A stretch of DNA of 62,989 bases, counting the filler, from Chiloscyllium plagiosum (taxonomy: Eukaryota), in assembly GCF_004010195.1 (NCBI RefSeq). It is 4 parts of one record of this genome, joined end to end, with 100 filler letters (N's around TTAATTAATTAA, not from the genome) between each part and the next. Parts side by side here need not be neighbours in the genome. Positions count along the whole stretch, not along the records: positions 1 to 31,159 come from NC_057710.1; 3 more parts are not named here. One strand, written 5' to 3'. The stretch's first letter is position 1. The number at the start of each line of letters is the position of its first letter. The position numbers and the translations under genes were made by a program. The notes beneath the pieces were generated by a model. The model searched no databases and was not told the origin of the DNA. It saw only the letters and a list, made by a program, of their open reading frames with translations. Of the stretch, positions 1 through 13,907 are shown one piece after another.

Positions 1-535
1 GGGGCCCTATTCTCTCCCTAGTTACCCTTTTGTCCTTAATATATTTGTAAAAACCCTTTGGATTCTCCTTAATTCTATTTGCCAAAGCTATCTCTTGTCC
101 CCATTTTGCCCTCCTGATTTCCCTCTTAAGTATACACCTACTTCCTTTATACTCTTCTAAGGATTCACTCGATCTATCCTGTCTATACTTGACATATGCT
201 TCCTTCTTTTTCTTAACCAAACTCTCAATTTCTTTAGTCATCCAGCATTCCCTATCGGTACCAGCCTTCCCTTTCACCATGACAGGAATATACTTTCTCT
301 GGATTCTGGTTATCTCATTTCTGAAGGCTTCCCATTTTCCAGCCGTCCCTTTACCTGCGAACATCTGCCTCCAATCAGCTTTCGAAAGTTCTTGCCTAAT
401 ACCGTCAAAATTGGCCTTTCTCCCCTCCTGAAGAAGGGCTTATGCCCGAAACGTCGATTCTCCTGTTCCTTGGATGCTGCCTGACCTGCTGTGCTTTTCC
501 AGCAACACATTTTCAGCTTTCTCCAATTTAGAACT
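1..535 (-). mobile_element. CR1 LINE ORF2 internal fragment, interrupted by a PLE relic
   Basis: Minus strand reads IRQELSKADWRQMFAGKGTAGKWEAFRNEITRIQ, typical of the CR1 endonuclease-RT linker. Confidence 0.75.
424..516 (+). mobile_element. Penelope-like terminal repeat relic (family A) with hammerhead core
   Basis: CTGAAGA-A-GGGC-TTAT-GCCC-GAAA-CG-TC at 428-455; ctttctcc is repeated on both flanks. Confidence 0.8.
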
Positions 536-723
536 TTTGGAAGCCCAGGATTTGTTTCAATGTGAGTTCATCACTGATCTCAACAACTGCAGCAACAGTT
601 TGCCTTTTATGGTGCTTGTCTGGCATAGAAATTCATGACTTCATAGAAATTGACTGGAGACAACACAATAATAGGTGCTGAGCCAAAGATGGAGGTGCGA
701 TGCAGTGTAATGGTAATATCACA

Positions 724-1270
724 GAGTCATACAGCACAGAAACAGACCCTCCAATCCAACCAGTCCAGCCGACCATAATCCCAAACTAAACTAGTCCCAT
801 CTTCCTGTGCTTGGCCCGTATCCCTCCAATCCTCTTAGTCATGAACTTAACTAAACATCTTTTAAACATTGTAACTGTACCTACATTCACCACTTCCCCT
901 GGAAGTTCATTCCACACATTTACAATCTGTGTAAAAAAAAACCCTCATGTCTTTGTTAAAATCTTTCTCCTCTCACCTTAAAAATACCTCCCACCCGAGG
1001 AAAGAGACACTGCTATTCACCTTATCTCTACCCCTTATGATTTTATAAACCTCTATAAGGTCACCCCTCAACCTCTTATATTCCAGTGAAAACAGTTCCA
1101 GGCTATCCAGCCTCTCCCCATAACTCAAACCCTCCATTGCTGGCATCATCCTGTTAAATCTTTTTGGAACCCTCTCAAGCTTAATAATGTCCTTCCGAAA
1201 GCAGGGCAATCAGAACTGGACACAGTGCTCCAGAAGCGGTCTCACCAACGTCCCCTACAACCTCAACATA
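724..1270 (-). mobile_element. CR1 LINE 3' end
   Basis: ORF 973-1209 with LFSLEYKRLRGDLIEVYKI; CR1 3' UTR and tatgactc tail. Confidence 0.85.
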
Positions 1271-1889
1271 ATGTTTCTGGGCTAATAACCCAGACTAACA
1301 TTCTGTTGAAAGTTGAATTCAATGAAAGATTTATAACCACTGAAGATTATTATAAAAACTTATCTAGTTCACAAATATCCTTTAGGGAAGGAAATCAGTT
1401 ATCCTCACCCACTCTGCCCAAAGTGACTCCAGATCCATCCAATTAATGAGTAATAATTGCTACCCTAGCAGTGATATACACATTCTATGTGTGAATTAAA
1501 AGAACCATTTCAAAATTCTTACAGACTGGACAGGATGAATGCAGAAAGAGTACTTCCTGTGGCTGGAATTTCTAAAGGTGGTGATGCAATCTCAGTATAA
1601 GGGAAAAGCTGTTTAGGATTAAGGTGGGGAGGAACTGTATCACTGAGAGGGTCATAAGTCTTGGGAATTCTCTATCCAAGAGGGCTGTGGAAGCTCAGTC
1701 ACTTAGTGTTTTTAAGAGAGAGATAAATAGATTTCTAGATACTAATGACATAAAGGAATATGGGGATAACATGGGTAAATAACACTCATATACACAATCA
1801 GCCCTAATGTAAAATGATGGAACAGACTGAAGGGCTGAATGGTCTACTCCTGCTCCTACTTTTCAATGTTCCTCAGTGACTAAACTATA

Positions 1890-2765
1890 GCCTTCGGTTG
1901 AGATGCTTTCTATTGAACATCTATTGTGGACATGCTGAATTTCCTTAGCCCCCTGAGAAAGTACAGATATTGTGTGGGTTCTTGACTGTCACATCAACAT
2001 GGGTGGACCAGGACAGATGGTTGGTGATCATCACTCCCATGAACTTGACACTTTTGATCATCTCCACCTCAGCAGCATTGATGCAGACAATGCCCTCCAC
2101 TCTGCTTCCTGAAGTCAATGACCAGCTCCTTCACTTTGCTGACTTTGAGAGAGAGAGATTGTTACCTTTACACCATGTCACCAAGCGTGCTATCTCTTTC
2201 CTGAATTTTGTCTTGTCATTGTTTGAGATGCAGCCTACAACGGTGGGGTCATCAGCAAACTTGTAAATGGAGTTGGAGATGGAATTTGGCCACACAGTCG
2301 TGAGTGTATAAGGAGTATAGTAGGGGGAGATGAATACGCAGCCTCAGTGTTAAAGGTTATGATAGAGGAGGCTTTGTTGCCTATTCTCACTGATTGCTGA
2401 CTGTGGGTCAGAAAGTCGAGGATCCAGTTGTAGAGGATGGAGTAGAGACCTAGGTCTCGGAGTTTAGTTGGAATTATAGTGTTGATAGTGGAGCTGTAGT
2501 CAATAGGTAGGACCCTGACGTAGGTGTCCTTGTTGTCCAGATGTTCCAGTGTTGAGTGTAGGGCCAGGGAGATGGTGTCTGCATGGAGCTGTTGCGATGG
2601 AAGGCAAATTGCATGGTATCAAGGCAGGCTCAGAGGCTGGAATTGTTGTGAGCCATGACTAATCTCTTGAAACACTTTATATTGATGGAGGTCAGAACCA
2701 CTGGGTGGTAGTCATTGAGGCACGCTGCCTGAGTTTTCTTTGGCACTGGGATCATGGTGAGATGA
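1890..2765 (-). mobile_element. Rex1/Babar-like LINE reverse transcriptase fragment
   Basis: Minus strand gives [27 protein letters not shown] and LYSLYTHDC motifs; degraded. Confidence 0.7.
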
Positions 2766-3169
2766 AGCAGTCTAGAATCCAGAAAACAGCACTTCCAGTG
2801 CTATTGGTTCTGCACTGGACTGCCAACCTTGGTTTTATACTCAGGGCTATGGACTAAGACTGAAAACCCTGATCTTGTGTCTTAATGAGTAGCTATCAAC
2901 TAAGAACTGGAAATTTGTCAATTCAGTAGTCTTTTCATTGCCAAGCAAGAGGAGTGTTATCTTTATGTCGAGCACTGGGTTGGGTAAAACCTTTCCAAAC
3001 CTCATAACAGAACTGAGTATCACCTCCATAATCAGTGGGTTGCAGTTCCTGTCCATTTGAAGGAAATGCTTACATTTATGTAGCATCTTTTTCACAACCT
3101 CAGCACATCTCAAGCGCTTTCTGGTCAATGAAGAGTAATTACACTTTAGAAGTGTAATCTGGTTTTTTT

Positions 3170-3685
3170 TGTTCATACACAGGATGAGGTGTCACTGGCC
3201 AGGCCAACATTTATTGCCTCTCCCTAGTTGCCCAGAGGTCAGTTAAGAGTCAACCGCATTACTGTGAACCTATAGGCCAGACTCATATATAGGCCAGACC
3301 TAGTAAAGATGGCAGTATCCTTCCCTAAAAATCTGTAATTAAGAGTCTAATGATAACTGTTGCTTGTTGGCTGAAATTCATCTGGTCTACTAAAGGACAT
3401 TAGACTTTTAATTACAGATTCTTATTGAATTCAAATTCCATCATCTGCCGTGGCAGAATTTGAACCCAGATGCCCAGAACATTACCTGGGCCTTTGGATT
3501 ACAGTCAAAAAGTGTGGTGCTGGAAAAGCACAGCCAGTCAGGCAGCATCCGAGGAGCTGGAGAGTCGACGTTTCAAGCATAAGCCCTTCATCAGGAAGCC
3601 ACTGCTGCAGACATCGCAATGCGAATCCTCTTTGGATTAACAGCCCAGTGATAATAGCACTAGGCCAAAACGCACTGTCACCTCC
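3170..3685 (-). mobile_element. tRNA-derived SINE (SlmI/Meta-domain-like), interrupted by a PLE relic at about 3502-3597
   Basis: Matches + copies at 25610-26535 and 30250-30610 (ctggttcactaa...gttgactcttaactg...gggcaa..agggatgggcaataaatg). Confidence 0.6.
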
Positions 3686-3794
3686 CCTGTTATCATACAG
3701 GAAATGAAGCAACCAATTGGCACAGCAAGATCCCAAAATTTCACGTGAGGTATTTATGAAATTATCTTTTTACTTCAAGTTTCCTTTTACTTGT

Positions 3795-5600
3795 TTGCAG
3801 ATTGTGGGCGTTGTCGGGTAGGCCAGGATACATTGCCCATTCTGAATTGAGAAGATGGTAGTGAACGTCCTTCCTGAACCGCTGTAGTTGATGTTTTGTT
3901 GGTATGTCCATAGTGCTGTTAGAAAGGGAGTTCCAGGATTTTCTACCACATACAACAGTGATATAGTTCCATGTCTGGATGGTGTGTCATTTGGAGGAGA
4001 ACTTGCATGTATCTGCACACCCATAATGATGATGGTGTTCTGCACCTGTGCTCCTTGATGGAAGTGGATGTGGATTTGGAAGATGATGTCTAAGGAGCTT
4101 TGGTGATTTTTGTTTTTGTAGTGCAAGTTGTAGATAGGACACACTGCTGCTACTGAATGTTTGTATTGGTGGGACTCAATATTTGTGGATGTGGTGCTAA
4201 TCAATGGGCTGCTTTGTCCTGTTTGACTTCTTGAGTATTACTGGAGGTGCACTCATTCAGGTAATTGGGAAGCATTCTATCATACTTTTGCTCTGAAGAT
4301 AATGGACAGACTTTGGGGAGTTATGAGGAGAATCACTCACTGCTGTATTCATAGAATCATAGAATCCCTATAGTGTGGAAACAGGCCCTTCGGCCCAACA
4401 AGTCCATACCGATCCTCCGAAGAGTAACCAACCCAGACCCATGCCCCTATCCTGTTACCCGATATTTACCCTGACTAATGCACCTAACCTCCACAACCCT
4501 GAACACGATGGGCAAATTAGCATGGCCAATTCACCTGACGTGCACATCTATGGATTGTGGGAGGAAACCGGAGCACCTGGAGGGAACCAACACAGACACG
4601 AGGTGAATGTAAAACTCCACACAGACAGTCACCTGAGACTGGAATCGAACCCGGGTTCCTGGCGCTGTAAGGCAGCAGTGTTAACCACTGTTCTCCACTA
4701 ATCCCCGTCTCTGACCAGCTCTTATTGCTGCTGTGTTTACATTGCGTGTCCAGTTCAGTTTCTGGTCAACAGTAAACATCAGGATGTTGATAGTGGGGCA
4801 CTCAGTGATGGTAACACCATTGAATGTCGAGGGATGATAATTTAATTCATTGTCTGGCACTCGTGTGATTTGACTACTACTTGCCACTTTTCAGTCCAAG
4901 CCTGGATATTGTCCAGGTCTTGCTGCATTTGGACATGGATTGCTTCAATATCTGTGAAGATGCATATGGCACTGAACATTGGGAAAGGTTAACAACCAAC
5001 TCATTACTGACCTTACGATGGAGGAAAGATAATTGATGAAGCAGCTGATTGCATAGCTCTGTCCATCATTTGCTGCTTATGCTGTTTGACACACAAGTAG
5101 TCCCATTTGATAGCTTTACCAAGTTGACAGTTTGTTTTTAGTATGCCTGGTGCTGCTCCCGGCCTGCCTTCCTGTACTCTTCATTGAAACCAGAATTGAC
5201 TTCCTGGCTTGATAGTAATGGATTAGTGGGAGATATGCTGGGCTATGTACAGTTTTCTGGTTTAAAGCCAGTAGATATGTTCACAGTCTATTCCATTTAA
5301 CGCAGTGATAGTTCCATACATGATGACAGAGAGTATCCTCCATCCTGGAGACGTGAATTTGTCTCCTCCAGGACTGCATGATGCATATTATCATGGATAG
5401 GTGCATCTGCGATAAATAAACTGGTGAGAATGAGGTCAAAACAGTTGTTTCCTCTTGTTGGTTCTTTCACCCCATGCAGCAACTACGTCCTTTCAGACCA
5501 GCTCAATCAGAGTGCTGCTGCCAAAACCAACTCTTGATGATGGACATTGAATTCCTGCACACTCAGGGCTTTGTACAAGTGAGGAGCAGCACTGATTCAA
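3795..5600 (-). mobile_element. Degraded RSg-1-like (CR1-group) LINE, split by an HE1 SINE
   Basis: Minus strand carries QDLDNIQAW and VDQKLNWT RT motifs; homologous to + copies at 9600-10080 and 11000-12880. Confidence 0.6.
4350..4700 (-). mobile_element. HE1-type V-SINE
   Basis: tRNA-like head with B-box, V-domain (gtgtggagttt...ggtgctccggtttcctcccaca) and CR1-like tail. Confidence 0.85.
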
Positions 5601-6164
5601 CAGCTCCATTATAATTAAAAACAGCCACATTTTACTCTGATAATAAAAAACAACTCTTTTGATTTAAAACACTTACTTTAGATCTTACCTGAATCGAATC
5701 ATAATCGCTTACTTCATTATCTGGAAAGTTAAATCAGAAGTGAAAGGAGTTAATTGATTTCAACTTCCTGAGGACTTGCTGTCTGTTCAATTACTTCGAA
5801 CTGATTGGATCCTTGGTTGCTGGACTCTCTGCTTTTGCACACTGTCAATCTCTTGACATGAGGCAAAGTGGAAACTGCTTTGGGAAAGGGATATCCACAA
5901 TACAAGGCCACTATGTCTCGTGGAGAGCTTTTCTTTGTGCATGGGATGTGCGTGTCACTACTGGCCATGACTTTTTATAGGTCCTTGTCAATGGAGAGCC
6001 CCCTGACTTCACCACTGGCTGGAAAATCCTACACTGCAACAGTGGCCACACTTCAAAAGCTCCGACTCAAAGTCACAAGCCTGAAACTTTAACTGTTTCT
6101 CTCTCCACTGACACTGCTGGAGCTGCCAAATATTTTCCAGCATTTCTGTGTCCAAGGTATTTCA

Positions 6165-6945
6165 GAGTCATAGAGTCATCAAGATGTACAGCACGGAAAC
6201 AGACTCTTCAGTCCAACTTGTCCATGCCAACCAGATATTCTAACCTAATCTTGTCCCATTTGCCGCACTTGGCCCATATCCCTCTAAACCCTTCCTATTC
6301 ATATACCCACCCAAATGTCTAATAAAGGTTTCAATCTTGCCAGCCTCCACCACTTCCTCTGGCAGCTCATTCCATACATGTACCACCCTCTGTGTGAAAA
6401 AGTTGCCCCTTAGGTCTCTTTTATATCTTTCCCCTCTCACTGTAAACCTATGCCCTCTAGTTCTGGACTCCCCCACCCCAGGGAAAAGACTTTGTCTATT
6501 TATCCTATCCATGCCCCTCATGATTTATAAACCTCTATAAGGTCACTCCTCAACCTCTGATGTTCCAGGGAAAACAACACCAGTTTATTCAGCCTCTCCC
6601 TATAGCTCAAATCCCCCAACATCCTTGTAAATCTTTCTGAACCCTTTCAAGCTTCACAACATCCTTTTAATAAGAAGACCAGAATTGCATGCATTCCAAA
6701 AGTGGCGGAACCAAAGTCTTGTACAGCCGCAACATGACCTCCCAACTCCTGTACTCAATACTCTGACCAATAAAAGAAAGCATACCAAACACCTTCTTCA
6801 CTATCCTATCTACATGCGACTCCATTTTCAAGGAGCTATGAACCTGCACCCAAGGTCTCTTTGTTCAGCAACACTCCCCATATCTTTACCATTAAATGTA
6901 CAAGTCCTGCTTTGATATGCTTTTCCAAAATGAAGCACCTCACGT
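6165..6945 (-). mobile_element. CR1 LINE 3' portion
   Basis: ORFs 6240-6521 and 6667-6849 encode the CR1 RT C-terminus; tail (ctatgact)n. Confidence 0.9.
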
Positions 6946-7269
6946 TATGTTTTTGATTTACACTTCAGAGGTACTTAATTGAATGTGAAGTGCGTTATTA
7001 AATGCAGCCTATCAGGGAAACCTCATAATCTCTTAAACAATCTATTCAGTTCCAGTCCACTAGGAACTTATTGCCAAAAAATAAAAATCCATTGCAATAT
7101 TTGGACAATTTGCGATAACATCTTGCTATTTGCACAGCCTCGATGAAAATCAAGAAGTAATTTCATTCAGGAAGATAAGAGGCATTCCCTGAACACACAA
7201 ATGAAAAGCTATTGACAAAAAGGATTTCTTTCTTCCTCACACCTGAAACAACTACAATGATGCTTCGAC

Positions 7270-8012
7270 TCAGTGTAGCAGCACAGACAAAGAGACCTTG
7301 GAATGCAGGTTCATAGCTCCTTGAAAGTGGAGTCGCAGGTCGATAGGATACTGAAGAAGGCATTTGATATGATTTCCTTTATTGGTCTGAGTATTGAGTA
7401 TAGGAGTTGGGAGGTCATGTTGCGGCTGTACAGGACATTGGTTAGACCACTGTTGGAATATTGCGTACAATTCTGGTCGCCTTCTTATCGGAAAGATGTT
7501 GTGAAACTTAAAAGGGTTCAGAAAAGATTTACAAGGACGTTGCCAGGGTTGGAGGATTTGAGCTATTGGGAGATGCTGAATAGGCTGGGGCTGTTTTCCC
7601 TGGAGCGTCAGAGGCTGAAGGGTGACGTTATAGAGGCTTATAAAATCATGAGGGGCATGGATAGGGTAAATAGGCAAAGTCTTTTCCCTGAGGTGGGTGG
7701 GGGGGGGGTAGTCCAGAACTAGAGGGCATAGGTTTAGGGTGAGAGGGGGAAGATATATAAGAGACCTAAGGGGCAACCTTTTCAGTCAGAGGGTGGTACG
7801 TGTATGGAATGAGCTGCCAGAGGAAGTAGTGGAGGCTGGTAAGATTGAATCATTTATTAGGCATTTGGATGGGTATATGAATAGGAAGGATTTGGAGGGA
7901 TATGGGCCGGGTGCTGGCAGGTAGGACTAGATTGGGTGGGGATATCTGGTCGGCATGGATGCGTCGGACCGAAGGGTCTGTTTCCGTGCTGTACATCTCT
8001 ATGACTCTATGA
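7270..8012 (+). mobile_element. CR1 LINE 3' portion
   Basis: ORF 7303-7722 with LVRPLLEYCVQFWSP; tail ctctatgactctatga. Confidence 0.9.
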
Positions 8013-8499
8013 GAAGGAGGATCATTTGACCCTTTGTTGTTACTTTACTGTAACCCCACATTTTCCCATGGCTAATCCACCTCGCCTGCTCACCCCTCGA
8101 CACTATGGACAATTTAGGATGGCCAATCCATCGAACCTGTACATCTTCAGACTTTGGGAGGACACTAGAGCACCCAGAGGAAACCCATACAGACACAGGG
8201 AGAGTGTGCAAATTCTTTCCTGAGAGTAGCCCAAGGATGGAATTGAGCCCAGGTCCCTCTCGCTGTGGGCCACTGTGCTATTATGTTTTAGCAAGACCTT
8301 CAGAGTTGAAGGGCAACCTGATGGAAGTATACTTCTACATTTATTGACTTTGACATATAGTATATGTATATATGATTTTATATGTATAAAATTATGAGAG
8401 GCATGGATAAAGTGGACAGTCGGAGTCTTTTTCCAAGAGTAGAAATATCAAATACTTGGGGGCACAGGTTTAAGGTGAGAGGGGGAAAGTTTAAAAGAG

Positions 8500-9362
8500 G
8501 TCCTGCATGGTTTACTGGTTAGTAAGGTTAGATCACATAGAATCTAGGAGAAGGTAGCTAATTGGATACAAAACTAGCCTGAAGAGCCAGAGGGTGGTTG
8601 TAGAGGGTTGCTTTTTAGACTGAACGCCTGTGTACCGCAAGGATTTGTGCTGGATCCACTGCTTTTCGTCATTTATCTAAATGATTTGGATGTGAACATA
8701 AGAGGCATGGTTAGTAAGTTTGTAGATGATACCAAAATTGGAGGTGTAGTGGACAGCCAAGAAGTACAATAATACCTTAATCAGATGAGCCAATGGACTA
8801 AGGAGAGGCAGATAGAGTTTAAATTAGAATAAATGTGGGGAGTTCAGTTTGGAAAGGCAAACCAGGGCAGGACTGATACAGTTAATGGTAAGGTCCTAGG
8901 GAGTGTTGCTGAACAAAGAGATCTTGGAGTGCAGGTGCACAATTCCTTGAAAGTGGAGTTGCAGGTAGATAGGATAATGAAAAAGGCATTTGGTATGCTT
9001 GCCTTCATTGGTCAGTGCATTGAGTAGAGGAGTTGGGATGTCATGTTGTAGCTGTACAGGAAGGACACTGGTTAGGCCACTTTTGGAATACAGCATTCAA
9101 TTCTGGCCTCCTATAGGAAGGATGTTGTGAAACTTGAAAGGTTCTGAAAAGATTTACAAGGATGCTACCAAGCTTGGAGGGTTTGAGCTATAGGGAGAGG
9201 CTGAATATGCTGGGGCTACTTTCCCCGGAGTGTCGGAGATTGAGGGATGACCTCATAGAAGTTTATAAAATCATGAGGGGCATGGGTAGGATGAATAGAC
9301 AAGGTCTCTTTCCTAGAGTAGGGGAGTCCAAACTAGAGGGCATAGATTTAAGGTGAGAGGGG
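8500..9362 (+). mobile_element. CR1 LINE RT fragment
   Basis: SKFVDDTKIGG and the downstream CR1 C-terminus, with stop codons. Confidence 0.85.
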
Positions 9363-9599
9363 TTTGTTGGTGCCAAGAGAGAAGACTTCAGAACAGTAGG
9401 AGTGACAGGATATTTGGCTAAAGAGGCAATCTGGAGATTGTCATTACAATCATTATCATTGCAAAGTCCATGTCAGTCTCTGTTACTGATGTTACTTGAG
9501 GGATAAATGATTGTCAGAGTGCCTAAGGAAACTTCTGTGCTCTTTTTTTGATAAGTGCCATGGGATAATTTACATCCATTTGGCAAAGCAGACCTGGCC

Positions 9600-10080
9600 T
9601 GGGCTGAACTGACTCCCCAGAGCCAGTCCACCATCTACAAGGCACAAGTCAGGAGTGTGATGGAATACTCCTCACTTGTCTGGATGGGTGCAGCTGCAAG
9701 AACACTCAAGGGAGCATCCAAGAGAAAGCAACCAGCTTGATTGTTAGTGTATCAGCTAGCACTCAATCTCTCAAGAGAGCAGCAGTGTTTACCACTTATA
9801 AGGTGTCCTGTAGAAAATCATCATGGTTACTTTGAGAAAGTTCCAAACCCCCAGCAAATACCACCTGGAAGGGCAAGGGCAGCAGATACATGGGAACACC
9901 ACCATCTGCAGGTTTCCCTCCAAACCACTGATTTAGAAAGTATTGCTGTTCTTTCAGTGGTGCTCTCTCAAAATCCTGGAACTCCTTCACAGCTCAGCAC
10001 CAGCCTTTTCAGTACAATTAAGGATGGGCAATAATTGCTGGCCTTGCAAGAGATGCTGACATCCCAAGAATGAATAAAGA
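9600..10080 (+). mobile_element. RSg-1-like LINE 3' end
   Basis: IYKAQVRSVMEY motif; 3' tail ggatgggcaataattgctggccttgc...catccc is shared with the SlmI-like SINE. Confidence 0.65.
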
Positions 10081-11140
10081 ATGGATGCTGACATCCCAGA
10101 TGAAAAATTCCTCGCATGCCACTGGAATATTCCAACTTGACTTTGGAGTGAGATTTTAACCTACAAATTCTACTTTGAAGTGATTACCAACTGAGCAATG
10201 GATGACAGTGATGTCTGTGAGCCAGACTCTGAAGAGTTGCATCCTCCTTCAAGAAGCTAAGCCCTTGTAGACATCTGAGGGCTTTAAGGAGCCTGGGAGA
10301 GGAGGGAAATTCCAATCAGTGGCTGCAGTTCTTTTGTGTGACTCAATCTTCCATCCACTGATGGTGACAGTAACTCTCCCACAGATGCCGCAGTTTAGTG
10401 TGAACAAGGCAATCTCAACTTCATTATATCAGCCTTTTGAAAGTGGAAAGGCTTTTCTTTTGTAAATTACATTTCAGTCGATCCCTGCGTTGCACCTATT
10501 TATACAAATGTTCAAGTGCTGCTAAAATTAACCAAAGACATTCAGTCCCCAAAAGCAAATGGAAGTGAAAAATAGACAAACAGTTCCTATGGTGTGCCTT
10601 TTCTTGCTTTCAACATTTAATATGGGTCACTCCCAAGAACTAATACAGAACCTCTGAGACATCCATAAAAAAGTAACTTTGAGTCAAAATCACTGACAGT
10701 TCTTTGCACACAATTCAGATTCATCTCACTATTTTCAGATATTGTCCTCCTCCCTGTCCTGAAGGATCTATTACACTGGAGTATGGTTCCATTGCAACCC
10801 TTGAAAATTTGATTAAATTGGTAATTTTCCACAGCAGACTTGGATGACGAATGTTCTTAGGCCATTTGCCCATTTCTTAGTCATCATTAGCAAGCAGCCT
10901 CCAACCTCCTCTGTCCACAAAAGACAGGTCAGAGTTACAGCCGTTGACATCAAGATTACCTTTGACTGAGCAAGCCCTAGCAAACCGAGTCAGTGGGAAT
11001 TAAGGGGGAAAGGTCTCTGCTGGTTGGAATCGTACCTAGCACAAAGAAAGCTTGTTTTGGTTGTTGGAGGTCAGTCATCTCAGTTCCAGGGCAACTCTGC
11101 TGGAATTGCTCAGTGTAATGTCTAGGCCCAACCCCCTTCA

Positions 11141-11675
11141 TAAAACTAAAAAGGACTGCGGATACTGAAAATCATAAATTGCTGGATGAGCTCAGGAGGT
11201 CTGGCAACATCTGTGGAGAGAAAGCGGAGTTAATGTTTCAGGTTGAGTGACTCTTTCTCAGAACTGATGGTAGCTCGGAAAATGTAGGGTTTATGTGCAG
11301 TAGGTGGACAAGAAAAATGATTAGAACGGAAATCCCATCAGAGAGAGTGGAGCAGAACTTGTTCAAGGTGGGCGTGCCTAAAAGAGTAGTGGCAGTGAGT
11401 TAAATACTAAATAAAAATTGAAAGGACTGTGGATGCTGTGAACCAGAAACAAAACCAGAAATTGCTGGAAAAACTCAGCAGATCTGACAGCATGTGGGGG
11501 GGGGGGGCGGAATCAGAGTTAATGTTTTGTGTCAAGACAGGAAAAATGATTGGAATTGAAATGTTATCGGAGAGAGGAGCAGAACTTCTTCAAGGTTGAC
11601 CTAAAACGTTAACTCTGACGTCTCTCCACAGATGCTGCCAGACCTGCTGAGGTTTTCCAGTGGTTTCTGTTTTTG
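11141..11675. mobile_element. Penelope-like family C composite relic inserted in an RSg-1-like LINE
   Basis: Repeated and inverted aaattgctgga..ctcagcagg.tctggcagcatctgtggagag units; flanks aacccccttca / aaccatcttca resemble a target duplication. Confidence 0.6.
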
Positions 11676-11897
11676 GTTCTAACCATCTTCAGTTGTATCA
11701 TCAATAACCTTCCCTCTATCATCAGGTCAGAAATGGTTGTGTTTGCTTATCTTTACACAATGTTCAGCACCATACGCAGTTTCTTAGATACTGAAGCAGT
11801 CCATATCCAAGTGCAGCAAGACCTGGACAGTATCCAGGCTTGGGCTAAAAAGTGGCAAGTAACATTTTTGCCAGAAAACTGCCAGCCAATGATTGTT

Positions 11898-12592
11898 GAG
11901 TCATAGAGTCATAGAGATGTACAGCACGAAAACAGATCCTTCAATCCAACTCGTCCATACCGACCAGCTATCCCAACCCAATCTAGTCCCACCTGCCAGC
12001 ACCCGGCCCATATCCCTCCAAACCCTTCCTATTCATATACCCATCCAGATGCCTTTTAAATGTTGCAATTGTACCAGCCTCCACCACATCCTCTGGCAGC
12101 TCATTCCATACATGTACCACCCTCTGCATGAAAAAGTTGCCCCATAGATCTCTTTTAATCTTTCCCCTCTCACCCTAAACCTCTAGTTCTGGACTCCCCC
12201 ACCCCAGGGAAAAGACTTTGTCTATTTACCCTATCCATGCCTGTCATAATTTTATAAATCTCTATGAGGTCACTGCTCAGCCTCCGACGCTCCAGGGAAA
12301 ACAGCCCCAGCCTGTTCAGCCTCTCCCTATAGCTCAAATCCTCCAACCCTGGCAACATCCTTGTAAATCTTTTCTGAACCCTTTCAAGTTTCACAACATC
12401 CTTCCAATAGGAAGGAGACCAGAATTGCACACAATATTCCAACAGTGGCCTAACCAATGTCCTGTACCGCCGTAACATGACCTCCCAACTCCTGTACTCA
12501 ATACTCTGACCAATAAAGAAAAGCATGCCAAACACCTTCACTATCCTATCTACCTGCGACTCCACTTTCAAGGAGCTATGAACCTGCATTCC
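11898..12592 (-). mobile_element. CR1 LINE 3' portion (young)
   Basis: Open ORF 12170-12589 encoding the CR1 RT C-terminus; tail gagtcatagagtcata. Confidence 0.9.
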
Positions 12593-12889
12593 ATCATCAT
12601 CTCCAATGAGAGAGAGAATCTAACCATTATCCCTTGACATTCTGTGGCATTGCCATCATAGACTCACCCATTATTAACTATGGACCAGAAACTAAACTTT
12701 CAATAGCCATATGAATGCAATGGCTACAAGAATACTGCAGTGAGTTACTCACTTCCTGAGTCCCAAACCATCTAAAAGGCACAATTCAGGATTATGATGG
12801 AATATAGCATACATACCTGGTTAAGTGTAACTCCAACAACACTCAAAAGACATTACAACAACCTGACCATAACAGCCTTCTTACCTGGC

Positions 12890-13160
12890 AGTCGAAAAGT
12901 GTGGAGGAGAAAGTGAGGACTGCAGATGCTGGAGAGTCAGAGTCGAAAAGTGTGGCGCTGGGAAAGCACAACAGGTCAGGCAGCATCCGAGGAGCAGGAG
13001 AGTCGACGTTCCGGGCAAAGGCCCTTTATTAGGAATGTGAGGGGTAGGGATGAGGGCTGAGAGATAAATAAGAGGTTGCATGGGGCGGGGATGAAGGTAG
13101 CTGGGAAGGAGCGGAAGGTAGTAGGTGGGAAGGAAAATGGACAGGTGGGACAGTTGAAGA
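12890..13160 (-). mobile_element. Penelope-like family A 3' relic
   Basis: ggagaaagtgaggactgcagatgctggag... unit with degenerate hammerhead core and purine-rich upstream region. Confidence 0.7.
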
Positions 13161-13907
13161 CATCACACCCACAAACATCGACTTGCTCCACCGCAGATGC
13201 TGAGGAGCAGCAGTACAGACTATTGACAAGGTGGGCTGCAGGAGCTTACTAAGCTCCTTAGTCAACATGCAATGTGGTTTTCCAGCCCAACATGCCTGGG
13301 CTGGCTCTATGAAATGTGTCAATTTTGCAATGAATCCAATGCTTTTTATTTGCTACTTAACTGCATACATTTCAGGTCCCGTTGTAATTTACTCTTGAAT
13401 GTGCTTTAGGTTTCACTGTCCAAATCACAGCAGCTTCAGAGTCAGCATGTAATGGCCATTGGCATGGCTGGCAGGTGCCTGGAACAGGTTGCCAGCAGAG
13501 GTAGTAGAGACAGGCACGGTAGATTCATTTAAGATGTGTCTGGACAGATGCATGAGTAGGTGGGGAGCAGAAAGCTACAGATGCTTAGGAATTGGGCAAC
13601 AGACTTAGACAGTGGATTTGGATCGGCTCAGGCTTGGAGGGCCAAAGGACCTGTTCCTGGGCTGTAAGTTTTCTTTGTTCTTTGTTCTTTTAACTCAAGG
13701 AGGTAGCCCCTAGTGGGATTGTTGCTGACCTAATTTGGAAGCTAATGTTCTGATGTAAACAAAACAAAAACTTGCAGATGCTGCTGTACTGATACATGAA
13801 CTCTGTTTCTCTCTCCACAAATGCTGCCAGACTTGCTGAGTTTTTCCAGCAATTTCTGATTCTGTTTCTAATGCTCTGGTGACACGAGTTCAAATCCTAC
13901 TATTACA

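Noticed and set aside
310..510. Recurrent MCCWKS..GQAAS.EQENR peptide ORFs (also 24757, 31578, 61328)
   Set aside because: These are antisense translations of the PLE terminal repeat, not a gene family.
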